Below the pieces are notes generated by a model. That model saw only the letters and a program-made list of their open reading frames with translations, did not search any database and was not told the origin of the DNA. This document shows, in pieces, positions 10,274 to 20,316 of a DNA stretch of 64,000 nt (position 1 is the first letter of the stretch; every line of letters begins with the position of its first letter). The stretch is from Bacillales bacterium (GTDB lineage: Bacteria; Bacillota_I; Bacilli_A; RF39; UBA660), in assembly GCA_016288635.1 (NCBI GenBank), contig JAEEKZ010000018.1:8650-72649 (forward strand). The letters run 5' to 3'. The position numbers and the translations under genes were made by a program.

Positions 10274-12382
10274 ATGAATAATTATTTTAATAACGAAGAC
10301 GATAATGTGGATGTATTAGAAAAATATGGTAGAGATATTACTGATTTAGCTAAGAACAATAAAATTGATCCCGTTATTGGTAGAGATGACGAAATTAGAA
10401 GTATTACTAGAATTCTTTCACGTAAAACTAAAAATAATCCTGTTTTAATCGGTGAACCGGGTGTTGGTAAAAGTGCCATCGTAGAAGGATTGGCGTTACG
10501 TATTGTTAATAATGACGTTCCAGATAGTTTAAAGAATAAACGTGTTTGGGAACTTGATTTGGCTGCTTTAGTTGCTGGTGCTAAATATCGTGGTGAATTT
10601 GAGGAAAGACTTAAAAAAGTACTTAATAAAATAAAAGAAGAAAATGGTAATATTATCATGTTTATCGATGAAATACACATGATTGTTGCATCAGGTGATG
10701 AAGGCACATTAAATGTTGGTAATATGTTAAAACCTATGCTTGCCCGTGGCGAGATTAAGTGTATTGGTGCTACAACATTAAATGAATATCACAAATTTAT
10801 AGAAAAAGATGGTGCTTTAGAAAGACGTTTTCAAAAGATTATTGTAAGTGCTCCAAGTGTAATTGATACAATCGCTATATTACGTGGTCTAAAAGAAAGA
10901 TTTGAAGTATATCATGGCGTTTCCATAAAGGATAGAGCATTGGTTGCTGCTGCAACAATGTCTGATAGATATATTACTAATAGATTCTTACCTGATAAAG
11001 CAATAGATTTAATTGATGAAGCATGTGCTACAATAAAAGTACAAATGGATAGTGTTCCAGCATGCGTCGATGAATTAACTCGTAAAATAATGTTACTAGA
11101 AATTGAAAGACAATCATTGAAGAAAGAAAAAGATGAACAGAGTAAGATAAGATTAGATAAGATAGATAAAGACTTATATGATTTAAAACTTCAAGAGTCT
11201 AAACTTAAAGAAGATTTTGAAAAAGAGAAAAAAATTACTGGTGATATTCTAGATAAGAAGAGAAAACTAGAAAATTTACGTCATAAATTAAAAGAAGCTG
11301 AAAATATATATGATTTGGAAACTGCTGCAAGATTAAGACATGGCGAAATACCTCAGTTAGAACATGAACTTGAAGAGTTACAAAAGAATAACAATAATAA
11401 GATGATATCTGATACTGTTGATGAAGAGGATATTGCTTCAATTGTTTCTAAGTGGACTGGGGTACCTGTTTCCAAACTAGTTGAGGGTGAAAAAGAAAAA
11501 TTATTAAGTCTTGAGGAAAATATGAAGAAGCGAGTTATAGGTCAGGATGCTGCTTTAAATAAAGTATATAATGCTATATTAAGAAGTAGATCTGGTATTA
11601 AAGATCCTAATAAACCTATTGGATCATTCTTATTCTTGGGACCTACTGGTGTTGGTAAGACTGAAGTTGCAAGAACTCTAGCATATGAATTATTTGATGA
11701 TGAAAGACATATGATTCGTATTGATATGAGTGAATATATGGAAGAATTCAATGTTTCAAGGTTAATTGGAGCTGCTCCAGGTTATGTCGGATATGAAGAA
11801 GGAGGACAATTAACTGAAGCTGTTAGAAGAAATCCATATTCAATAGTACTATTTGATGAAATTGAAAAGGCTCATCCAAAGGTATTTAACATTTTGTTAC
11901 AAATTTTGGATGATGGTCGTATTACGGATAGTCAAGGTGTTACAGTTGATTTTAAAAATACTATTATAATTATGACATCCAATATAGGTAGTGAATATAT
12001 ATTAAGTAATGATTCTAATAAAGAAGAATTAATTAACAAAGAATTAAGTAGAACATTCAAACCAGAGTTTTTAAATAGAATTGATGAAATAGTATTCTTT
12101 AATAACTTGGAAAAGAATGCAATTTATAAGATTCTTGATAAGATTATTATGGATATTCAAAAAGATAGATTAAGTGATAAAAATATTAAGATATCATTAA
12201 GCAATCAACTTAAAGATTATATTGTTGAAAACTCTTATGATCCAGCATTTGGTGCAAGGCCACTAAAGAGATTTGTTGCTGATACTATTGAGTTAATTTT
12301 GGCAAAAGGATTAATAGATGGTACGATAAAAGAGAATAGTAACATTAATCTTGATATTAAAGATGGAAAGATAGTTTTTTAA
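10274..12382 (+). CDS. clpB: ClpB-type AAA+ disaggregase lacking the N-terminal domain
   Basis: 702 aa with two NBDs ([15 protein letters not shown]; [15 protein letters not shown]). A long coiled-coil M-domain lies between them. The protein begins just before NBD1, about 150 aa shorter than classical ClpB. Confidence 0.9.
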   Translation: MNNYFNNEDDNVDVLEKYGRDITDLAKNNKIDPVIGRDDEIRSITRILSRKTKNNPVLIGEPGVGKSAIVEGLALRIVNNDVPDSLKNKRVWELDLAALVAGAKYRGEFEERLKKVLNKIKEENGNIIMFIDEIHMIVASGDEGTLNVGNMLKPMLARGEIKCIGATTLNEYHKFIEKDGALERRFQKIIVSAPSVIDTIAILRGLKERFEVYHGVSIKDRALVAAATMSDRYITNRFLPDKAIDLIDEACATIKVQMDSVPACVDELTRKIMLLEIERQSLKKEKDEQSKIRLDKIDKDLYDLKLQESKLKEDFEKEKKITGDILDKKRKLENLRHKLKEAENIYDLETAARLRHGEIPQLEHELEELQKNNNNKMISDTVDEEDIASIVSKWTGVPVSKLVEGEKEKLLSLEENMKKRVIGQDAALNKVYNAILRSRSGIKDPNKPIGSFLFLGPTGVGKTEVARTLAYELFDDERHMIRIDMSEYMEEFNVSRLIGAAPGYVGYEEGGQLTEAVRRNPYSIVLFDEIEKAHPKVFNILLQILDDGRITDSQGVTVDFKNTIIIMTSNIGSEYILSNDSNKEELINKELSRTFKPEFLNRIDEIVFFNNLEKNAIYKILDKIIMDIQKDRLSDKNIKISLSNQLKDYIVENSYDPAFGARPLKRFVADTIELILAKGLIDGTIKENSNINLDIKDGKIVF

Positions 12383-12393
12383 CTATCTTTTTT
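12367..12393 (+). terminator. intrinsic terminator after clpB
   Basis: Perfect 10-bp stem AAAGATAGTT/AACTATCTTT with loop TTTT, followed by a T-run. It overlaps the stop codon. Confidence 0.7.
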
Positions 12394-12416
12394 GACGCTT
12401 TTTAATTATTTTTTTG

Positions 12417-12517
12417 TTTACTTGTAGCGTTTATTTTGCTATAATACATGCGAGTAAAGAAATTACTCCTTGCTTTATTTTGAAATAAAGCCGTGAAGAC
12501 CGTGAGGAGGTGTAGAG
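12417..12517 (+). promoter_or_regulatory. rpsF promoter plus structured 5' leader
   Basis: TTTACT, 17 nt, TGcTATAAT (12440-12445). The leader has hairpins GAGTAA/TTACTC (12452-12468) and CTTTATTT/AAATAAAG (12473-12490), and a CCGTGA direct repeat next to the SD. Confidence 0.45.
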
Positions 12518-12805
12518 ATGACAAATTATGAGGTTATGTTTATAGTTAAATCTACTATGGAAGATGAGGCTATTGCAAAAACTGCTGAAGATGTAAAATC
12601 TTTAATTAATGGTGAATCTACTGTAACTAGTTTCAAAGATTTAGGTAAGAAGAAACTTGCTTATCCAATTAATAAGGAAGTAAGTGGAAATTATTATGTA
12701 ATGACTGTTACTGCTAGTACAGATGTTATTAAAGAATTTGATCGTAAAGTTAGAATTAATGAAAATGTAATAAGACATTTAATTCTTAATTTAGATGAAG
12801 AATAG
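12518..12805 (+). CDS. rpsF: 30S ribosomal protein S6
   Basis: 95 aa with NYEVMFIV...KKKLAYPINK, in the rpsF-ssb-rpsR arrangement. Confidence 0.93.
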   Translation: MTNYEVMFIVKSTMEDEAIAKTAEDVKSLINGESTVTSFKDLGKKKLAYPINKEVSGNYYVMTVTASTDVIKEFDRKVRINENVIRHLILNLDEE

Positions 12806-12813
12806 GAGATAAA

Positions 12814-13278
12814 ATGAATAAAGTTATATTAATTGGTCGTTTTGCACAGGACCCTGAGATGCGTCAATCTGGTACAGGAGAAGTTGCTAGATATTCTCTA
12901 GCATGCCAAGGAGATTTTACTAATCGTAATGGCGAGAGAGATACTCAATTTATAAGATGTGTTTCTTTTGGTAATACTGCTAATTTAATTGGCAGATATT
13001 GTAAAAAAGGTAATATGATTAGTGCCGTTGGAAGAATTAGTAATAGTTCTTATGATGCAAAAGATGGTTCTAAAAGATATTCTACTGATATAATTGTAGA
13101 AAATATCGAATTTATGGGGTCTAGAAATAATGGAGATAGTGCTCCAGCTGGTGATAACAGTGAAATGTTCCAACCTGCTTTTGAAGGACCTGAAATGGAA
13201 ACAAGTGATATAACTGAAGATCCTTATAAGGATTTTGGAGACGAAATCACATTAAGTAATGATGATTTACCATTTTAA
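12814..13278 (+). CDS. ssb: single-stranded DNA-binding protein
   Basis: OB-fold N-terminus MNKVILIGRFAQDPEMR, a disordered linker, and an acidic C-terminal tip NDDLPF. Confidence 0.95.
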   Translation: MNKVILIGRFAQDPEMRQSGTGEVARYSLACQGDFTNRNGERDTQFIRCVSFGNTANLIGRYCKKGNMISAVGRISNSSYDAKDGSKRYSTDIIVENIEFMGSRNNGDSAPAGDNSEMFQPAFEGPEMETSDITEDPYKDFGDEITLSNDDLPF

Positions 13279-13294
13279 AAAGGAGGAATAGATT

Positions 13295-13510
13295 ATGGCA
13301 GAATTTTATCATAAGAAGAAAAAAATATGTCAAATGTGTGCCGGAAAATCTGTAGATTATAAAGATGTAATGATTATTAATAAATATATTAATGAAAAGG
13401 GCAAAATTTTACCTAGAAGAATGACAGGTGCTTGCGCTAAACATCAAAGATATATTGCAGATCAAGTTAAGCGCGCTAGATTTATGGCATTAATACCATT
13501 TACTCATTAA
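13295..13510 (+). CDS. rpsR: 30S ribosomal protein S18
   Basis: 71 aa with DYKDVMIINKYINEKGKILPRRMTGACAKHQRYIADQVKRARFMALIP. Confidence 0.95.
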   Translation: MAEFYHKKKKICQMCAGKSVDYKDVMIINKYINEKGKILPRRMTGACAKHQRYIADQVKRARFMALIPFTH

Positions 13511-13523
13511 TGGTATTTTTTTT
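13493..13523 (+). terminator. intrinsic terminator after rpsR
   Basis: 8-bp stem ATACCATT/AATGGTAT, 8-nt loop containing the stop codon, then T7. Confidence 0.65.
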
Positions 13524-13533
13524 GCCTTTTTTT

Positions 13534-13542
13534 TGTTATAAT
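13534..13542 (+). promoter_or_regulatory. extended -10 promoter element upstream of rplI
   Basis: TGtTATAAT about 27 nt upstream of the rplI ATG. No good -35 box. Confidence 0.4.
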
Positions 13543-13568
13543 AGTTTTACTTGGGAGGGCATAATAAA

Positions 13569-14009
13569 ATGAAAGTAATATTGTTGGAAGATGTTAAAAA
13601 GCAAGGAAAAAAAGATCAAGTTATTGATGTTAGCGATGGATACGCTAATAATTATTTAATTAAGAATAAATTAGCGGTTCCATATACAAAAACTAGCAGT
13701 AAAATTTTAAAAGATGAGCTTGATGAGAGAAAAGCTAATGAAGAAAAGCTAGTTGCTGAATTAACAGAAATAAAAAAGAAATTAGATGGAAAAACTTATG
13801 ATTTTAAGGTTAGCACTGGTAAAGAAGATAGAGTGTTTGGTTCTGTTTCAACAAAACAAATTGCTGAAAAGTTAGCTTCTCTAGGTTATAAGATAGATAA
13901 GAAATGTATTAAGAGTCAAACAGGTTTAGATACCTTAGGAGTTCATAAAGTTGATATTGAACTTCACAAAAAAGTAAAATTTAGTATTAATGTACAATTA
14001 GTAAAGTAA
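13569..14009 (+). CDS. rplI: 50S ribosomal protein L9
   Basis: MKVILLEDVKKQGKKDQVIDVSDGYANNYL from ATG 13569, with SD GGGAGGG at 13553-13559. The ORF-track start 13551 is a TTG within the SD. Confidence 0.93.
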   Translation: MKVILLEDVKKQGKKDQVIDVSDGYANNYLIKNKLAVPYTKTSSKILKDELDERKANEEKLVAELTEIKKKLDGKTYDFKVSTGKEDRVFGSVSTKQIAEKLASLGYKIDKKCIKSQTGLDTLGVHKVDIELHKKVKFSINVQLVK

Positions 14010-14019
14010 GGTGATAAAT

Positions 14020-15357
14020 ATGGCAAGAATGTTGCCTAACAATTTAGAAGCAGAAATGAGTGTTCTTGGAGTATGTTTCATTAATAGTAGAGACGTCGAT
14101 AAAGTTGTTGAAGATTTAAATGTTGATATGTTTTTTGATGAAAGAAACAAAATTTTATTTAGTGCTATTAAAGAATTGCACGATGAAAAAATACCAATTG
14201 ATGTAACTACTATCAAGAATGAATTGGATAAAACTAAGAAATTAAATTCTATAGGGTTAGATTATATAATGGACGTTATTGATTCTGTTGTTAATACAAG
14301 TAACGTTGAATATTATATGAACATTGTTAAAGAAAATGCTATTAGAAGAGTATTAATTGAAACTACTGATAATATTTCTAAAAATGCATATGATGAAGAA
14401 GATTTAAATATCCTATTAGATAGATCTGAACAAGAAATATTAAATGTAGTTAGACACAGAAGTTCAGGTGAGTTTCTTTCAATTAGTGAAGTATTAAAGA
14501 AAGCACAAGAGAAGTTAGAATTATTATCTAAGACTAAGAGTCCTGTTACAGGATTAGAGACTGGTTTCTATGAATTTGATAAGATTTCAACAGGTTTTCA
14601 ACCTGGTGAAATGATAATTCTTGCAGCTCGTCCTGGTATGGGTAAAACTGCGCTTGCCTTAAATATGGCTACATATGCTGCATCTACAACTAAGAAAGCT
14701 GTTGCTATATTTAACTTGGAAATGCCTGCAGAAATGTTAGTTAATCGTATGATTAGTGCCGTTGGACAAATTGATGCTTATAAACTTCAAACGGGTTTAA
14801 TGGCTGAAAATGATTGGAAAAGATACAATGAAGCTATGAGCCAATTGAGTGATACCAATATTTTTATTGAAGATAATGCTGGTATTACTTGTGGTGAAAT
14901 AAGAGCTAAATGTAGAAGACTTGCAAGCACTGGTAGTGGTTTAGGTCTTGTTGTTATTGACTACTTACAGTTAGTATCTACAGGCAATAGAAGAGTAGAA
15001 TCTAGACAGGTTGAAGTATCAGAGATATCTCGTAGTTTAAAGACTATGGCTTTGGAATTAGGTGTTCCCGTTATAGCTTTATCACAGTTATCAAGAAGTG
15101 CTGAAAAAAGAGAAAATAATCAACCAATGTTAGCGGACTTACGTGAATCTGGTTCTTTGGAACAAGATGCTGATATGGTTTTATTTATAAATAGAAAAGA
15201 TTATTATGAAAAGAAAGATATTAGTACTAAGATAGTTCCTGCAGAACTAGTTATTGCTAAGCATCGTAAAGGTGGTTTGGGAACAGTAGAATTGCAATTT
15301 GATTTAAGTAAAAATTGCTTTAAAAATATATTGAGATCTCAAAAGGAAGATGAGTAA
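14020..15357 (+). CDS. dnaB: replicative DNA helicase DnaB
   Basis: LPNNLEAEMSVLG N-terminus, Walker A ARPGMGKTALALN, Walker B VVIDYLQL, and SQLSRSAEKRE. The start is ATG 14020 or GTG 14011. Confidence 0.94.
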   Translation: MARMLPNNLEAEMSVLGVCFINSRDVDKVVEDLNVDMFFDERNKILFSAIKELHDEKIPIDVTTIKNELDKTKKLNSIGLDYIMDVIDSVVNTSNVEYYMNIVKENAIRRVLIETTDNISKNAYDEEDLNILLDRSEQEILNVVRHRSSGEFLSISEVLKKAQEKLELLSKTKSPVTGLETGFYEFDKISTGFQPGEMIILAARPGMGKTALALNMATYAASTTKKAVAIFNLEMPAEMLVNRMISAVGQIDAYKLQTGLMAENDWKRYNEAMSQLSDTNIFIEDNAGITCGEIRAKCRRLASTGSGLGLVVIDYLQLVSTGNRRVESRQVEVSEISRSLKTMALELGVPVIALSQLSRSAEKRENNQPMLADLRESGSLEQDADMVLFINRKDYYEKKDISTKIVPAELVIAKHRKGGLGTVELQFDLSKNCFKNILRSQKEDE

Positions 15358-16964
15358 TGAAGTTGTTTAAAAATATACTTATAACTATATTTTTATGTGG
15401 TGTTGTATTATTGTTAATATTATTTGACCATAAGGTTACTGTTAATAATGATATAAATAGTTTATATAAAGTTTATATGCATGGTAATTTTTTGGGTTTA
15501 ATAAATTCTTCAGAAGATTTATATTCATTAATTAATAATGAACAAAAAGAAATAATGAAGAAATATAATGTTAAACAAGTTTATCCACCAAATGGTTTTA
15601 ATATTGTTAAAACTAATACTTATAGTAATGATGTATTATCTGTAAACTCAATTTATAATATGATTGAGCAAGAAGATGCATTTACTATTAAAGGGTATGT
15701 TGTTACATTAAAAGGTATTAAATCTGCTAAAATTGAAGAAAATGAAGCAAACGGGGATAAAGAACATAATGAAGATCCGGATTTAGATAATGATGAAAAT
15801 TCTGATTTAGGTGATTTAGGCCCTGGAGAAGAAGATTCTTCAGAAGATGTGCGTATTTATGTATTAGATAAACAAGTATTTGAAGAAGCTATTAATGGTT
15901 TTATTTCATCTTTTATTGATACAGAAACATTAAATAATTATCTAAACGGTACACAAGAAGAAATTGTTGATGAAGGCGAGTTAATAGAAAAATTATATTT
16001 CAATAGAAACATTACTATTAAAGAAGCTTTTATTGATGTTAATAATAAAATATATACAGATTCTGCCGATTTATTACAATATTTATTATTTAATGAAGAT
16101 GCAAAAATTAATCATTATAAAGTAAAACTTGGTGATTCTTTATCATCAATTGCAGAAGATAATAATTTAAATGTATCAGAGTTGTTGATTATTAATCCTA
16201 AATATAGAGAAAAAGATTCTGTATTAAAAGTAAATGATGATATAAATATTACATATATTAATCCTGTAATTGATTTAGTAATGGATATGCATAAAATTGA
16301 AAATGTTGAAACAATGTTTACTAAAAAAACAGTATATGATTCTAATAAAGCATATGGGTATTCAGAAATTACTACTCCAGGAGTTACTGGTATTACAAGG
16401 GTAACTGAACAATATCAAGTTGTTAATGGTGAGGCAAATTCAGAAATTATTATTACCGATAAAGAAGTATTAAGAGAGGCTGTTGCACAAATAACTACTA
16501 AAGGTACTAAAGGATATATTAATAGTGGTACTGGATCGTATGTAGATACTGGTCTTGAATGGGGATGGCCTACAAATACGCCTTATAAGATTACTAGCCC
16601 ATATGGTTATCGTTGGGGTAAAATTCACCAAGGTATAGATATTTCTGGTACAGGTGATGGAAGTCCTATTTATGCAGCTGCAGATGGAATTGTTGTTTCT
16701 GCTGGGCCAAAAACTATTCTAGGGTGGAAAGCCGGTAATTCGATTGTTATTCAACACGCAAATAATTATTATACTTCTTATGCTCACTTGAAGTTTGTTA
16801 GTGTTGCTGTTGGTACTCCTGTTAAAAAAGGACAGATAATCGGATCAATGGGTAAGAGTGGTTTTGCAACAGGTGTTCACTTACATTATTCAATATCTAT
16901 TGGGCGTCCATTTGATGGAAAAAATGGATACAAGTTTTTGAATCCGATGTCATTATACAAGTAG
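15357..16964 (+). CDS. membrane-anchored M23 family metallopeptidase with LysM and G5-like domains
   Basis: N-terminal TM helix, LysM (YKVKLGDSLSSIAEDNNLNVSELLIINP), a G5-like segment, and an M23 core (HQGIDISG...GFATGVHLHYSI). Confidence 0.85.
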   Translation: MKLFKNILITIFLCGVVLLLILFDHKVTVNNDINSLYKVYMHGNFLGLINSSEDLYSLINNEQKEIMKKYNVKQVYPPNGFNIVKTNTYSNDVLSVNSIYNMIEQEDAFTIKGYVVTLKGIKSAKIEENEANGDKEHNEDPDLDNDENSDLGDLGPGEEDSSEDVRIYVLDKQVFEEAINGFISSFIDTETLNNYLNGTQEEIVDEGELIEKLYFNRNITIKEAFIDVNNKIYTDSADLLQYLLFNEDAKINHYKVKLGDSLSSIAEDNNLNVSELLIINPKYREKDSVLKVNDDINITYINPVIDLVMDMHKIENVETMFTKKTVYDSNKAYGYSEITTPGVTGITRVTEQYQVVNGEANSEIIITDKEVLREAVAQITTKGTKGYINSGTGSYVDTGLEWGWPTNTPYKITSPYGYRWGKIHQGIDISGTGDGSPIYAAADGIVVSAGPKTILGWKAGNSIVIQHANNYYTSYAHLKFVSVAVGTPVKKGQIIGSMGKSGFATGVHLHYSISIGRPFDGKNGYKFLNPMSLYK

Positions 16965-16970
16965 GATATT

Positions 16971-17738
16971 ATGAAGGTTTGTAATTTAGCGAGTGGCTCA
17001 AAAGGTAATTGTACTTATATTAAAACTGATAAGTACAATTTGCTTTTTGATGCTGGTAAAAATGTTACATATATTGATACAGAATTAAAATCTATTGGTT
17101 GTTCTGTAGTTGAGATTGATTATGTATTTATAACACATACTCATTCTGATCATATTAGTGCTTTAAAGCCTGTTTTAAAAAAAAGTGGGGCAACTTTAGT
17201 ATGTTCTGAAATAATTTTTAATGAATTAGAAGATTTAAAAGAGTACAATCATGTGGTTTTCTTAGAGAATGACATGGAATTAGATGATGGTACTCTTATT
17301 AGATCGTTTAGATCCAGTCATGACGCGAATGATGCTCGTAATTTTGTTATCTCTAATAATGAAAGTAGTGTTGCTTATATAACCGATACAGGTTATGTTA
17401 ATAGAAATAACTTTAAGATGTTAGAAAATTTATCGTTGTATTTATTTGAATCAAATCATGACATTGAAATGCTAGAAAATGGTCCGTACCCTGTTTGGTT
17501 AAAAAAAAGGGTGTTATCTGACAATGGGCATTTATCTAATAATGCTGCAGGTTTTTACTTATCAAAGTTAATTGGTGATAATACAAAACATGTATTATTA
17601 ATTCATTTGAGTGAAACTAATAATTGTCCTGAGAAAGCATTAGAGACTGTTAATGAAACATTAAAAAAATATGAAATTGAGTTTGGTAACATAAGTTGCG
17701 CTAAGCAAGATGAGCACACTGAGGTATTTGAGATATGA
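16971..17738 (+). CDS. MBL-fold metallo-hydrolase (YycJ/WalJ-like)
   Basis: THTHSDHI metal-binding motif, 255 aa, beta-lactamase-fold pattern. Confidence 0.8.
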   Translation: MKVCNLASGSKGNCTYIKTDKYNLLFDAGKNVTYIDTELKSIGCSVVEIDYVFITHTHSDHISALKPVLKKSGATLVCSEIIFNELEDLKEYNHVVFLENDMELDDGTLIRSFRSSHDANDARNFVISNNESSVAYITDTGYVNRNNFKMLENLSLYLFESNHDIEMLENGPYPVWLKKRVLSDNGHLSNNAAGFYLSKLIGDNTKHVLLIHLSETNNCPEKALETVNETLKKYEIEFGNISCAKQDEHTEVFEI

Positions 17739-18172
17739 TAAAGATTATTTGTTTTGGAAAAATAAAAGATGAATATATAAAGGACATGATAAGTGATTAT
17801 TCTAAAAGAATATCTAAATATAGTAAGCTAGAGATTATTGAATTAAAAGATGATACTAATCAAGCTAATGAAACAAAAAGTATATTAAATGTTATTAAAA
17901 GAAATGAATACAATGTATATTGCGATATAAAAGGTAGATCTTTAGATAGTGTCCAGTTTGCTGATTTGATTGATAAGAGTTTAATTAAATATCCTTCAAT
18001 AACTTTTATTATTGGAAGTAGTGTTGGACTTGCTGATGAAGTAATTAAATTATGTAATGATAGAATTAGTTTTTCTAGTATGACTATGCCTCATGGTTTA
18101 TTTAGGGGTGTTTTGCTAGAACAAGTATATAGAGCGTGTAAGATTAATAATAACGAATCTTATCATAAATAG
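17735..18172 (+). CDS. rlmH: 23S rRNA (pseudouridine1915-N3)-methyltransferase RlmH
   Basis: 145 aa SPOUT-type protein with MIKIICFGKIKDEYIKD...ISFSSMTMPHGLFRGVLLEQVYRA. ATGA overlap with the upstream gene. Confidence 0.88.
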   Translation: MIKIICFGKIKDEYIKDMISDYSKRISKYSKLEIIELKDDTNQANETKSILNVIKRNEYNVYCDIKGRSLDSVQFADLIDKSLIKYPSITFIIGSSVGLADEVIKLCNDRISFSSMTMPHGLFRGVLLEQVYRACKINNNESYHK

Positions 18173-18180
18173 GAGTATAT

Positions 18181-18984
18181 ATGACTTTTTTAGAATTAAA
18201 GGAATGCGAATATGGGTTAACTCATGCTGGAACGTTTCATTCAGATGATGTTTTTGGTTTTGCTTTTTTAAAGATGATTAACCCAGATATTAAAATCATT
18301 CGTTCTTATACAGTTCCTGAAGGATTTAAAGGAATAGTTTTTGATGTTGGTTTTGGTGAGTTTGATCATCATCAGGCTGATAATGAGTGTAGAGAAAATG
18401 GCATTCCATATGCTTCTTTTGGTAAGTTATGGAAAGCATTTGCGCCTTCACTTTATAGTGAAGAAGTAGTTGCTGGTATTGATAAGAATTTTATTGAAAG
18501 TTTAGATAATTCTGATAATACAGGTAGAGAGAATGCTATTGCATTTGCAATTTCAACATTTAATCCTTTGTGGGATAGTGACTCTAATGGCGATAAAGAA
18601 TTTGATAAAGCTGTTGAATGGGCATCTGTCTTACTTGATAATGTTATAAAAACTGAATTAAAAAGAGCAGAGATGCAAGTTGAATTATTAGATATTTATA
18701 AAAGAACTTTTAATAAGAAGATTATTATTTTAGATAGATTTATGCCATTTAAAAAAGCACTTTGGAATACTGAGGCCGTATTTGTTATTTACCCTTCTAA
18801 AAGAGGTGGATTTCAAGTTCAAGGAGTTCCAATTAATGCCGAAACAGTTGAATTAAAAAAGCCTTTTCCCAAAGAATGGTGTTCTATGCCACCTAAAGGC
18901 GTTACTTTCTGTCATAATAGTAGATTCTTAATATCAGTTGATAATTTAGATACTGCGATAAGTCTATGTGAGGGTTTATTATGA
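18181..18984 (+). CDS. MYG1/UPF0160 family metal-dependent hydrolase
   Basis: THAGTFHSDDVFGFAFL and GEFDHHQ motifs typical of MYG1. Confidence 0.75.
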   Translation: MTFLELKECEYGLTHAGTFHSDDVFGFAFLKMINPDIKIIRSYTVPEGFKGIVFDVGFGEFDHHQADNECRENGIPYASFGKLWKAFAPSLYSEEVVAGIDKNFIESLDNSDNTGRENAIAFAISTFNPLWDSDSNGDKEFDKAVEWASVLLDNVIKTELKRAEMQVELLDIYKRTFNKKIIILDRFMPFKKALWNTEAVFVIYPSKRGGFQVQGVPINAETVELKKPFPKEWCSMPPKGVTFCHNSRFLISVDNLDTAISLCEGLL

Positions 18985-19640
18985 TAGGTAATGATTGGGA
19001 TGAAGAACTAACTCTTGTAGAAAGTAGTGAAGGTTTTAAGAGATTTTTATCTATAATAAAAAAAGAGTATGAAACGAAAACAATTTATCCTCCAAAGGAT
19101 TATGTTTTTAATGCTCTAAAATTAACTCCTTATAAAGATGTAAAAGTGGTTATTGTTGGTCAAGACCCCTATCATGGCGAAGGAGAAGCACACGGATTAT
19201 CTTTTAGTGTTCAAAAAGGTATAAAAATACCGCCTTCACTTCAAAATATATATACTGAACTATATAATGATTTGGGAATTAAGCCAAAAGATAATGGAGA
19301 TTTAACTAATTGGGCAAAACAGGGCGTTCTTCTTTTAAATGCAGTTTTAACTGTTGAAAAAGATAAAGCTGGATCTCACAGAAAACTTGGATGGGAACCA
19401 TTTACGGATTATGTTATTAAATTGGTTAATAAAAAGGATACTCCAGTGGTATTTATCTTGTGGGGTAATTTTGCTAAAGAAAAAAAGAAATTAATTACTA
19501 ATCCAAAACACTTAGTAATTATGAGTCCACACCCATCACCTTTGTCTGCTTATGCTGGGTTTTTCGGTTCAAAGCCTTTTTCTAAGACTAATGATTTCTT
19601 AAAGAAGAATGGTTTAGAAATAATTAAATGGGAATTATAA
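18981..19640 (+). CDS. ung: uracil-DNA glycosylase (family 1)
   Basis: GQDPYHG water-activating loop, LLLNAVLTV, and HPSPLSA leucine-loop motif. Confidence 0.94.
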   Translation: MIGNDWDEELTLVESSEGFKRFLSIIKKEYETKTIYPPKDYVFNALKLTPYKDVKVVIVGQDPYHGEGEAHGLSFSVQKGIKIPPSLQNIYTELYNDLGIKPKDNGDLTNWAKQGVLLLNAVLTVEKDKAGSHRKLGWEPFTDYVIKLVNKKDTPVVFILWGNFAKEKKKLITNPKHLVIMSPHPSPLSAYAGFFGSKPFSKTNDFLKKNGLEIIKWEL

Positions 19641-19666
19641 AAAGGAATCTATGTTAGATTCCTTTT
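19640..19666. terminator. bidirectional intrinsic terminator between ung and lemA
   Basis: Perfect 11-bp stem AAAAGGAATCT/AGATTCCTTTT with a 5-nt loop. The A/T runs on both sides serve both convergent genes. Confidence 0.8.
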
Positions 19667-19667
19667 A

Positions 19668-20207
19668 TTATAGTTTAAAATCATCAAGAACTGCATCTTG
19701 CATGTTTTTTCCGTCAAAGTATGGTTTAATTTTAAAATTATGTATTTTAGCAACAATATTTGATGGGAATTTTCTAATTATTTCATTTAATTCCGTATTA
19801 TTTTTATTGTAATAATTCTTTCCTGATGTCAATTCTTCGTCAATTTTTTCAATTTCGCTAAGTATTTCTTTAACTTCCTTGGTATTAATTGAATCATTAT
19901 CATCAATTAATTCTTTAATTAGATTCATCGCTTCAACTAGTTTTCTATCAGTAAAGTAGTTTGTTAGTCTTTTTTCTTTTAAGTCTATATATTCTTTTAA
20001 GTAGTCTTTTTTAGGAAATTCTTTTTTAATAGTAATGTTTATTTCACAAATCTTATCATATTTTTTTCTTAGAGCTTCATCTATTATATTTTCAGATTTT
20101 TCAATTCTTGTTCTGTAGAATTGTAATTTATTAAAATTATATATATATAAAATAGCTAAAGCGGCTAATAATATTACAACAATTATGACTATTGTAAAAG
20201 GATTCAT
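19668..20207 (-). CDS. lemA: LemA family membrane protein
   Basis: N-terminal TM followed by YNFNKLQFYRTRIEKSENIIDEALRKKYD. The length and pattern fit LemA. Confidence 0.75.
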   Translation of the reverse strand: MNPFTIVIIVVILLAALAILYIYNFNKLQFYRTRIEKSENIIDEALRKKYDKICEINITIKKEFPKKDYLKEYIDLKEKRLTNYFTDRKLVEAMNLIKELIDDNDSINTKEVKEILSEIEKIDEELTSGKNYYNKNNTELNEIIRKFPSNIVAKIHNFKIKPYFDGKNMQDAVLDDFKL

Positions 20208-20316
20208 TCTTTATCACCATTGTAATTGTATCAAAAATGACTTCTTTTTTAAAGGGAATTTTTCTTGTTTGCGTATAGATATATTATTTGGTAAAATATT
20301 TATGGTGATGATGAAA

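Noticed and set aside
10282-11751. Minus-strand ORFs 10282-10707, 11235-11441 and 11542-11751 inside clpB.
   Set aside because: They are antisense to a well-supported AAA+ gene and have no independent signals.
20185-20316. N-terminal 44-aa extension of the first FemAB ORF.
   Set aside because: It would overlap the lemA start on the opposite strand and the likely promoter. The FemAB-type N-terminus MKFVSN... begins at ATG 20317.
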